From Lytechinus pictus (taxonomy: Eukaryota): a stretch of 64,000 bases of DNA. Position 1 is the first letter of the stretch, and every line of letters starts with the position of its first letter. Under the pieces are notes generated by a model, which ran no database searches, was not told the DNA's origin, and worked only from the letters and a program-made list of their open reading frames with translations. The stretch lies in the NCBI RefSeq assembly GCF_037042905.1, contig NC_087250.1, positions 9,116,001-9,180,000 of the forward strand. The letters run 5' to 3'. Made by a program: the position numbers and the translations under genes. Positions 53,490-64,000 of the stretch are shown one piece after another.

Positions 53490-53615
53490 CTCACTGTCTG
53501 CAGTCAGTGTCAGGCGACCATGGCACCCTGCGTGTCCTCCCTGGCCATTGACCACGTTGGCAGGGCCAAAGACGAGTAATGACATGACAAGGCACAGAAG
53601 AATGGTTCGATGCAT
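53490..53615 (-). CDS. Putative first coding exon of a small secreted protein/peptide precursor (MHRTILLCLVMSLLVFGPANVVNG-QGGHAGCHGRLTLTADSE)
   Basis: ACGATG start context, typical signal-peptide pattern with V-N-G cleavage site, strong donor GAG|GTAAGC. Confidence 0.65.
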
Positions 53616-53708
53616 CGTTGGATCTGGTTTCTGTAGGCACCCGGGATATCGCAAACTCAAGAGCACAAAGAGTACGTACACTGTGGCCAGTGCGACGATT
53701 GGAGTCGT

Positions 53709-53834
53709 TCTGAATTCACCGATTGTCACGTATCGCATATTTATCGACTTTTTGATCAGCTTCTCGCTCTCAACAGTTGAAGAGATTTCCACAAAAGGCG
53801 TGCCGAATTAATACACCCGTTCGGAGTTGACTCA
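53709..53834 (-). promoter_or_regulatory. Candidate core promoter: TATA-like GATAAATA, Inr-like TCAGA, upstream AP-1 site
   Basis: TAAATA starting 53743 lies 32 nt before the A of TCAGA (53711); TGACTCA at 53828-53834; kB-like TGGAAATCTC at 53782-53791. Confidence 0.4.
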
Positions 53835-54724
53835 TGGAGAATTTTGTTCGAATGACCTTTCATTTATTACATTTTAATAGGCAGATTTGAAAGCAAGATA
53901 TTATGAAAAGGCATTTATTACATTTATACTTTAAATGCATTAATGTGTTATTTTAACAATGTGAAATTCCAGTCGCTAGCGGATGCATTGTTGTTTTTTA
54001 TCCAATAAAAAACACAATTCAAAAGAAAACGTGAATAATCAAGACATCAAGGTCGGCGCTTATCTCATTAAATATAAAACCATGGACCTATTGGAGATGG
54101 CAATTCAATGCTACCATTTCTTTTGATTGAACGATATCCGCCGCCTAGTGAATCCCCACTTTTCGCTGTGCAACGCGGACGGACTTTACGACGGTATATT
54201 GATTTCAAACATGTCAGAGACTTTGGGGCCCGTTGCAAAACACTGTCCTGCAATGCAACTTGTGTGACATGAAATATTTCTACGTTTCGCATCCGCAACG
54301 GAAACATTCAATCTGCGTTTCGTGTGCGAAATTAAATCATGGTTCAGCCAACAATCGGCCAGCGATGCCAGACAATGTTAGAGCATTGTTTCCGGATCAC
54401 ATTGGGCCAACTTTGTAAACATGAGTTTGATAAACGACATATAGCCTTCCACTCTCAGGGGCGGATCCAGCCTTCGCCAATAGGGGGGGGGGGCGATTTG
54501 TTTTCACCCATATTTTCCCCGATCGGCCGCTCAAAGATGATTTTTGTTTGTTTCTTTGAAGGGGGTAGTCCTATACAGTCATTTTTTAAAGCTTTATTCT
54601 TATAAAAAAACATTAATAGTAATAATCTTTTAAGCCCTATTTAAAGAGTGCAATCGCTAACCGCGAGCTATATTTTGGAAATTTCATGTATTTTGTCCTG
54701 AAAATTGAACAATCTGGGCAATGT

Positions 54725-56235
54725 TTATTTATTTATTTATTTATTTATTAAAATATCTTTATACAGGATAACAGGCTCAGATTAACTGTTTTCAGCCTGG
54801 TCCTGTTAACATAAAATAACAATATATACATAATAGATAAAAGAGTAACTTGGGTAATGTACAGTAATGAGTGAATTCAATAACATTTAAAATCAGAATT
54901 ATCATTAATACAAAATTGTTTAGAGATAAAATACACTACCAGTCACAATTCCCAGACTCAGCGCTACCTGCCTCAGCCAGAGAACAATAGAATCAGCATG
55001 ATCAGTGGACCAAATCCATTGCTCTCCGGCCGAAACAGGCAATAGTGATTCAAAGAATGGTGACTAGTACTGTATTAATTTTTTTTTTAATTGACGAAAT
55101 GTGAAAACTATCCTGTAGACAAAACAATAGCTGTGAAATATAAATCAAGATATATGATATCATTGACATAGTAAATACAAAATTCAACAAAATTTATGAA
55201 GGAAATTAAGGATATAATTATCATTGAGCATATCATACTAGACTTAAGTATAAAATTTTACAAAATAAATATCGCCAAGTTAAGTAATGGAAGCTTATTT
55301 ACTAAGAGTACGAATTATATTACATAAAAATTATTCGTTCCAACATATTTGATATCCCAAATCATTAACACAATTCAAAACGAGAAAAAATAAAGTAAAA
55401 TGGAACAAAAGGCATATAATATTAATTATTGAAATAAAACTTCTTATAAATCAATTTATATGTTTCGATAGTTTGTGCATTTTGAATATTATGGGGTATG
55501 TCGTTCCATCGTTTGGCACCGGAAAATCTGAAAGCTTGTTTGACAATTGAAAGGTGAACAACGGGTGCAACTACGTTAAGGCTATCATTATTTCTTGTAT
55601 GGTAATTATGTCGGTCACATACCATTTCAATGTCATTACGAAGTTGGGGAGGGGCTAATCCATGTATACATTTAAACATTTGTGTGGCAAGAAGGTATTC
55701 TTTTCGTTCATCCATATCAGTCCAGGATAGGTTTTTTACAAGTGTTTTAAGAGAAATATTTTGATCAAAGTTTCCAGTTATGTAACGTGCAGCTCTTTTT
55801 TGTAATCTATAAATTTTGCTTTTGTTTTTATCAGTAGTATTTCCCCAAATAGGTAGTCCATAATCGATACAAGGTTGTATTGTAAATTTAAAAAGGGTGT
55901 TTAATAATGAAGGACTTAAAAATTTTCTTAATTTTCCAAGGGAACGGATCTTGAATCCAATGGATTTGCATAAGTTATTGACGTGAATGTCCCATTTAAG
56001 ATTTTCATGTATTAAAACACCTAAATAACGAATTGACTTAACTTGCTCAATTTCAGTCCCATCAATATATATTTTCATTACATCATGGGAGCGTGTTTTT
56101 AAAAACATACATTTTGTTTTGTCGACATTTATCTTTAAATGGTTAAGTTTATACCAGTCATTAAGAGAATCCATATTTGATTGCAATTTTGAAGTTATTG
56201 TCTCAACATCTTTACCAGTCTCAAATATAATAACA
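54725..56235 (-). mobile_element. 5'-truncated CR1-group LINE (RT thumb and C-terminal part of ORF2, 55422-56235)
   Basis: LKINVDKTKCM, RYLGV, PCIDYG..WG, RLQKRAARYI, GAKRWN motifs; (TAAA)n tail at 54725-54750; 3' stem-loop 54763-54806. Confidence 0.92.
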
Positions 56236-56716
56236 TCCTGAACAAGATAAACAAGTAACTAGACAATTACTGCGAGCGGGAAGCGCGAGCAGAAATTTTT
56301 ATCATTCTTTCTGGCCTGATCTTAACATTACGTGTTAAGAATTGTTTGCAGTTATTTCAACAATCAAACAATGGACATTCTAAGCATTTTTTGTAATCAT
56401 GAACGGGTAGGCTAGTAGGTATATAACTTAACAATTGATGCGAGCGCGTAGCGCGAGGGGAAATATGAGATTTCAGACCTATGAACGAAACACTCTATGT
56501 GAATCATGAAAAGGATGGGTAATTGGGTATCTTCTTACAATAATAAAATGAATTTAAAAACAATGATATTCGCATCTGAAACTTTATAATTTAAGCACGT
56601 TTTAATTTAAAAAAAGCTGCGCATCTCAAGAAACGTGCGTGCGCTTGTTAGATTTAGATTTCGTTCAACAAAATAAACAAAACATAATCGAACAATACAT
56701 ATATTTTAGATATAGA

Positions 56717-58676
56717 CAGTGGCGTAGCTACGGGGGGGGGGGGGGCCTGGGGCACATGCCCCCCTTGAGATTTGGTGTGCCTCCCAGGTGCCCCCCTTAA
56801 AAAAAATTGGTGGAGCAAAAAAAAAGAGAAAGAAGAAAAAAAGGAAAAAGAAAGGGAAAGACAGAAGAAAAAAGAAGAAAATAAAAGGAGAAAGACAAGT
56901 GAATAAAATAATGTTGCGGGAAGAGTTGTGGGAAGACTTACAAAAAAAAACAATCTTTCATGTTATTTTTAAAAAAAATCCGCTCGCGCTTCGCGCTCGA
57001 ATTGCCTGTTCGATGAGATTCATATCTTGCTCCATAGGCTGATATGGAGCTTAAAGTATTAAGTTTTGAAGTCAATATACAAAACATATTTCATCTCGGA
57101 CATCAAGCTTTCATTATTTTTTTCCATTTACAAATTTAATGCACTCTGTAAAATGTCTGTCAATATGGTCTTCATATCAACATTTTAAGCTCACGCTGCG
57201 TGGTCGCATTATTTGATTTGCTAAGTTCCTATTGTCTTCGTGTATTCCATAAAGTTATCAAAATATCAATTTTCAGATGTGACTGTCAAAACGTAGGTAT
57301 ATAAGTCAGCGCTGCGCGCTCGCATTTGACTGGTGAGTACTCTATCAACTCTATATAAGCAAACAAAAAACCCAGGCCTTTTCAATACATTTTATTTAAA
57401 AATATTCAGCTCGCGATTTGCGCTCGCACTTATTGTTAAAAATGTATTAACCACTGCAATGCGTATTCATAATTACAAAATGCTTAAAATTTCTAGTTTT
57501 CAAACCTTAAAAACAACAATATCCAAGCTGTCATGATGCATATTAGATGAATAAATAGGAAAATAACATTTTCATGAATTCCTGATAACTTAATTGGGTC
57601 TTTTCAGAATGGAATATCGACAAGCTTAGGAATAGTAGGAAGATAGTCACCATTTTCATATGATGACAAAATGTCCTTAGAATGAGAATGTCCGGGTCCT
57701 TTGTTAAAATAATAACAAAAAATATCAGATCGCGCTTCGCGCTCGCATCATTCATTAAGTGTGATCCACATGCACTTTACAATTTTCCTACACAATACTT
57801 GAAATAGTTTTTAAATTGGCCCTTTTCAGATCGTACAATCAAATGTTTTCAGCTCGCGCTTGCATTATTGATCGTCATGATAAAAAAAATGTATTCAGAA
57901 TGCCCAGATTCTAGGTCTAAATCTAAAACATGCGCACGCATGTTTATTGAGATAGTCTGAATGTTCTTTATTTAAATATGCTTATCCAGTTTCAGATCAG
58001 AACATCAATAATTATCTGCTCGCGCTTCATACTCGCATTATTAATGATACCCAATTCAACCATATCCTATTCATAATTTACAAATATGAATAGAGTGTCC
58101 CGCTTTTAGGTCTAAAATCTCAATTTTGCTCCGCTCGCGCTTCGCGCTCGCATCAACTGTTTAGTTATACATACCTATCCCATTTATGATTACAAAAAGT
58201 GCTTAGAATACCCATTTTTTTAGATCCAAATGTCAAAAAGTTTTAGCTCGCGCTCCGATTATTGAAATATGTACCGTATTCGTGGGTAGCTGTAAACAGT
58301 CCTTAACAGGTCCGTTTCCGATCATGCTAGAATATTTATTAAAAATGCATGCTCGCGCTTCAGGATCACAAACAGTGCCAAGAATGTTCAATTTTCAGGA
58401 CAAAATACATGAAAGTTAAAAAAAAATCGCTTGCGTTTGCACTTTTTATATGAGATTATTTCATATTTATGTTGTTTTATAAGAATAAAGCTTAGAAGTG
58501 ACTGATCGGGGAAAATATAGGTGAAGATAATTTCGGGCCCCATCCCCCATTGGTGAAATTCGGATCTGCCCTTGTGACATATATACACAAAGAAAAAAAA
58601 ATTGCCCCCCCCCCTGAAAAAGCAAGGACCCCCAGTGCCCCCCCCCCCCAGGAAAAAAATCATAGCTACGCCACTG
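56717..58676. mobile_element. hAT-like element, TSD GATATAGA, carrying an inverted relative of its host element
   Basis: CAGTGGCGTAGCTA / TAGCTACGCCACTG TIR; TSD 56709-56716 and 58677-58684; interior is the reverse complement of the GCGCGAAGCGC-array family. Confidence 0.88.
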
Positions 58677-59899
58677 GATATAGACCTAAAATCGGACATT
58701 CTGAATACATTTTTTTAATCATGAAAATCGATATTGCGAGTGCGAAGCGCGAGCTGAAAAAATATTGGATAATCCTATCTGAAAAGGGGTAGATTTGAGC
58801 CGTATTTTAAGCTCTGTGTAGGAAAATTGTGAAGCGGATGTGGATTGCACTTAATAAATGATGTCGGCCTGAAGCGCGAGCTGATATTTTTATTATTATT
58901 ATTTTGACCCAGGACCGGGACATTCTAAGGGCATTGTTTCATATGAAAATTATTTTCCTATTCCTATTCTTAAGCGCGAGATGAGACTTGTCAATATTCC
59001 ATTCTGAAAAAATGGGACAATCAATTTATTAGAAATGATTCGTAAAAATATCAATCTAATAAGCCTGATGAGTGCGCGAAATTCGTTGATATTAAGGCCT
59101 AAAGACTTAACATTTTAAACGCTTTTATAAGTATCAATATTATAAGTATCAATATGATGTTTGGGTTAATATATCTTAACAATTAATGCAAGCACAATTC
59201 GCGAGCCGAAATTCTTGATAAACTGTCATGAAAAAAGAATCTTAAGTAGTTTGTTACAAAATTGATAAAGAGGTATACATAACTTACCGCTTTGGGTGCG
59301 GGCCCGCGAATCCAGATACCTCTCCCTGCGGCGGAGCCGTTTTTGGTACATTGCTGGTATTTGGTTCTGTGGCGGTGTTTTCCGAATCAAGTGCTAATTG
59401 CGCCAAACTGATGTATTTTCAGGATTCTTAGTAAATGGAAAGATCAAACTTTTTCTTTCTAGAAATAAAGGTTTCGCGTCTCAAATCAACAGAATAGTTA
59501 AGAAATTTACGAGGAAAAAGTCATGTTATTTTGTCAAATCTTCGCTTTTTCCCGAGTCAATAGGCACTGTGTACAAAAATGCGTAAGGGCAATCAGCACG
59601 CGCGGACAGGTCGGGTTCGATCAATACCGCTTTGTTGTCAGCTCTAGTGCTTTTTTCCTTGCCTATTGTCACGCTACTCATGAATGGTCTCTTTCCTCCT
59701 TGTATAGAGATCATTTGCAAAGTGTATAATTGTGACAATAATCAGTTTTCGTTGAAATCACAGCTTACCTTTATTTTCCAGAATGAATAAACAAGGGTAA
59801 ATATTCCCTTGCAAGTACGATGATGATGATTTAACACTGCGCAACGAAAGTCCGAAACTATTTTGTGATTTTTGGCTTCTGGGCTTCAAAGACGGTGGC

Positions 59900-60790
59900 C
59901 TCAATTAGTAGGGGAGAGAGATAGGGTTCCCATGCACCCAATTGATATATTTTTTACCCTACATTTTTGTAATCCTTAAGATGTCTAGTGAATGAATTTT
60001 GATGTTTCCAAAACAAAATATTGTCCCATTGGGTTCAAATCCAAGATGGCGTCCAAAAATTGCCGCCATATTCATGGGATTTTCATTTTCGTACATAGAT
60101 TCCGACACAAACATTAATTTGCCACAAAATTGGTGTCATATGAAAGATAAATAAATTTCCTCCAAGTTGATACTATTCATAGGTGATGAAAAGGTAATTC
60201 AATTGAGATTTTAATAAGAAAAGTGCAATTTTTAAAAAAAATTCAAAAAAATAGAAAATTTGCGAAATACATGATTTACCATAAATCTGATGAAAATGAG
60301 GTAATCGCCTTGAAAATTTCTAGAAAACCTTTTTTATATACAACAATTAAGTGGACAAAATTCCTAATTGATATCTTTTTTTCTTTACAAACTTATAATG
60401 TCTTAAACTTGAAAATTCAATTTTCAGAAATTTAGCTTTTTTACTGCATATCGCAGACTTGGATGTACTAATGTATATTGTCACATTTTCAACACAGAAA
60501 ATAGAAAAAGGCCTTAAATAATGCAAACTTGTCTATTATTTTGTTGGTAGAACTTACTACAATCCCTTTATTCTTCAATTTAAAGTCGGTTGATATAGTT
60601 TTTGAAAGAAGTAAGACTTTTGGCAAAAATTTGCATGTTTTTGGTAGAAAAATTGCACATGCACTGTTATTGATCAGATTTATTATGAATTGCAGTAATA
60701 AATGCACAATCTCAACATTCGATATGAAAGAGGATGTATCAACGAGAATATTGAGGGGCTTCATGCCACCATAAGTATCTTCATTTGCTT
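59900..60790. mobile_element. Degenerate DNA-transposon-like sequence; related segment at about 62765-63250
   Basis: Shared CACAAAATT(G/A)GTGTCATATGAAAGAT...TTCATAGGTGATGAAAAGGTAATTC block and CCAAGATGGC / GCCATCTTGG motifs. Confidence 0.5.
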
Positions 60791-60946
60791 ACGTAAAAGG
60801 AAAATATGCTGAAAGTATTAACCGATTTTGCACTAAAGTGAGGCCAAAAAGCAACCTCATTGTGGCAGTCACACCCATGAAAACGATTGCAAAGTGATTA
60901 ATGGTTTGTCATTCAAATAAAACAATAGCTTTGATCAGCCTCTCGC

Positions 60947-62460
60947 CAGCGGCGTAACAGGGGTCGGTGGCCAGGGGGGGAGGGGGGGCAAGAGCCAACA
61001 TTTTCCCGGTCATATCATGGTATGAACAGGCGTAATGAGGCGACTATTTTGAGAGGGCCAGATATTGCGTATCGGGCAGAATTTATCTTTAAAAGATAAG
61101 TTGCGAGCGAGCGAAAATTTTGAAATTTTAACACAAAATCCAAATTTGTGATAGATTTTGACATGATATCCAGAAAATAATATATTTCACTCTTCTCTCT
61201 TTCCATTCCTTTATTGTGGTCTGTACGCCACTGTGAACATGATTCTTTGCGGCAGTAGCGTGAAGAGTAAGAAAAAAAACGAGGGGCGCAGTATGGCACA
61301 AGTCCCGAGCGAGCGAGAAAAAAAAACACTCATATAAGCCCCCGGAACTCTTTGATATCAAAGCCATTTAAACCTCGCAGATTGCCGCTATTTTAATCAA
61401 ATCGCGGGTATATACAGAATATAGCTTTTACACAACAAATTTATTCAACCCAGTTGCGTAATGAACCAAATATATTTGAGGGGGCAAAACATAGCAATGT
61501 GGGGAAATTTACATCCTCCATCCACTGAATGTTGGTTCTACTCTTTCTATTTGTCATTATATTGATTTGTTTATGTATTGCTTTTTATTGTTCATATAAT
61601 ATTGTATATTGTACCTTTTTAATGGATGTGAGTAAAGTGAATTGAATTGGATTGAATTTGTTAAAAGTCGCCAGCGTGCAAAGCAAGCTGGAAACTAAAA
61701 TGCCTATTGAAATTAAATTCTAATTATGTGATAGATTTTTCCTTTACATTCAGCAAATAACACATGTCATTGTTTCCATTCATTTCATTATACGTTGTCT
61801 TCTATAATTTCTTTTATTTCCTCCTGGGTGTGGAACCACCCCCCCCCCCCCGCGCCTGTACGCCAATGCAGATTGAACGTGATTGGACGGGGGCGTTATA
61901 TAGAGCCATTTGATGGTTATAGATTAAGAGCCCCTACTGCGTGGGATCCGGGGTAAAGCCCCGGTAGCTTATTTGCATAAAATTTAGCAAGCTTATCGCA
62001 CAATGTTGTATGCAGTCCATCTTTCTTCCCGCTCTTTATTTTCAATCCTCGGCAGCCCGGTCGTGATATTATTTTTTTCTTGTCCCTTTTCTGTTTTCTA
62101 ATTTAGCTTTTGACTGATTCCATTCTACCTTCGTTCCCCGCTATTGTTTGCAATTTTGTCATCTTTTAATTTATTTCCATCATGCTATTGCATTGCATAA
62201 GCCTGTTTCGGAATGATTTCTTTGTCAAATATTCTTCTTTCGTACAATTTCCCGCTTTTCTCCTTTTCCATAAATAAAAATCGTTTTCTTCTCACTTTTC
62301 CCTTTCCCTTTCCTTTTCCTCCTTTCCTTTTCCCCTTTCCTCCCCCTTTCCCTTTCTTTCTCCCTCCCTTTTTTCCTTTTCCCGTTTTTTTATTTTCCCG
62401 GATAAATCTGCCAGGGGGGCAGCTTGCCCCCCCCCCTGCCCCCCGCCTGTTACGCCACTG
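60947..62460. mobile_element. Composite hAT-like element, TSD CCTCTCGC
   Basis: CAGCGGCGTAACAGG / CCTGTTACGCCACTG TIR; TSD 60939-60946 and 62461-62468; two extra internal right ends at about 61233 and 61868. Confidence 0.85.
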
Positions 62461-64000
62461 CCTCTCGCATCGATTTTGTTGGTATGACTAACACACCGTA
62501 ATGTACAGTATGTAATGTGCATGGTAATAAAAATGTATCTGATTCAGAAGGATGTAAAGACTAAAAAGGTGTTTCTGTTACATCATAAACAAATGTATTA
62601 AATGAAGTCTCTTGGCAACAGTTATAAGATACACTAGCACTGCAGGTAATAGAGATGAAGTTCTGACACATTAATACACAACTCAAAGGAACATGTCGAA
62701 GCTACCCCCACTTTATCTGTACTTAAAATTTATGGCCTGTATTCCGAAATCAGGTTTATATTCGAACACAAAATTAGTGTCATATGAAAGATGAATAAAT
62801 TTTCTACAAGTTGAAATTATTCATAGGTGATGAAAAGGTAATTCGGCTGAGATTTTAATAAGAAAAGTGAATTTTTGAAATTGTTTCCCCAAAAAATGAA
62901 AATTTGCAAAATACTTGATTTACCATAAATCAAAGGGAAAAAAGAATTACCTTGAAACTATCTAGAAAACTTTCTTAATATACAATTATTAAGAAATTTA
63001 ACCTTTTTTACTGCATTTTACAGACTTAAATGTACAATATTGTCATTATCTTTACCACCCTTTTTCACCCTATTGATAAGTTTTTCTAATCTACACCTTT
63101 TTAATCCTGGAGTTGTATACTGAAGGAATTTATTTTGATGTTCTGAAAACTTAACTATTGTCCCTTGGCCGCCACCTTGACGGCCATCTTGGATTCTGAC
63201 GAAAAACTCTTAACAGAACTTTTAATTCGACATCATCGGAAAGTAAATTACAAATGTTTTGAGGGTATTCTGAGTATGAGAAATTAATTGAGTGGGTTAT
63301 CTTTGATCTTTACGATTTAAATTAAACAATTCTGATACATTAAAGTGCCAAAAATGACAAAAACCTCTTTCTGTTGACCAATGTAAAAAAAGGGAAGGTC
63401 CTTTTGGTACATTGAGATGTGTTGGTTGTGTTATTAATCTATTTACTATTTTCACTTTTAGGTGCAAGATTGTAGACTTAGACATGTGTTGGTGAACTAA
63501 CAATAGCATATTAACCATGCCAAAATGCAAAAGTAGAAAATGTGACCAATCAGTACCACGGAAAAGGCCTCCTGTAAATTGCATTTTACAACTTGCAACA
63601 ACCCACTTATATCATGTCAAAATGTAAGCTTTATGGTTCATAGGGAGGACTTAGCCAAACTTTGACAGACAGGCAGTCAATCTTAGATCTCATTGGCAGG
63701 CTCATGTGCTAGATTTGGCCGATCTTTTGGAGCTAAAACTTTGTGCCAATGTGATCTTGAAAGATATATTCCTGATCAAGAAGTTGTAAACTTTGGACTG
63801 GAAGAGCATTTTTGCTTGCCGCAAAATTCAGGATAATTTTTTTCTTATTGAGAAAAAATTTCCGGAATTTTCTTGGTTGCAAGTCCGGGCAACCATGATG
63901 GCAGTTTTAGTTGCCAATGTCACCCGGGCAACCACTAACTTCGAGCCCTGCTTTGGAGTGGGGATGGTGGATGGAATTTCCCTCACGTGTGATCTGTTCC

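Larger units (their letters stand above)
54456..59330. mobile_element. GGCGGATCCA-type hAT-like element (homolog of 44008-46654) hosting a LINE and a second hAT-like element
   Basis: CAGGGGCGGATCCAGCCTTCGCCAAT start and colinear blocks matching 44008-46100 on either side of the insertions; right boundary approximate. Confidence 0.7.

Noticed and set aside
53616..53792. N-terminal extension of the 127-aa ORF 53409-53792
   Set aside because: Starts at GTG upstream of the TATA-like box; the signal peptide begins at ATG 53615 and the ORF tail runs into intron and MITE sequence

Overview
AT-rich animal genomic DNA; the long G/C homopolymer runs, tRNA-derived SINEs and dense non-autonomous DNA transposons look echinoderm/sea-urchin-like (inference only). 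The window is mostly mobile DNA. It holds a near full-length L1/Tx1-clade retrotransposon (ORF1 ~25189-26236, ORF2 ~30612-34363) whose ORFs are separated by an unusually long spacer carrying several short sense-strand intron-like segments. It also has a second L1/Tx1 fragment split by a 4.7-kb foldback (Academ-like) element, four CR1/L2-group LINE fragments, three tRNA-headed SINEs, and many nested MITEs (TTAA/Kolobok-like, 8-bp-TSD hAT-like, Sola-like, Harbinger-like). One plausible host gene is visible: a small two-exon secreted-peptide precursor on the minus strand (53615-51809) with a TATA/Inr-like promoter. There are no prokaryotic features and no CRISPR array. All calls were made by eye; no database searches were run.
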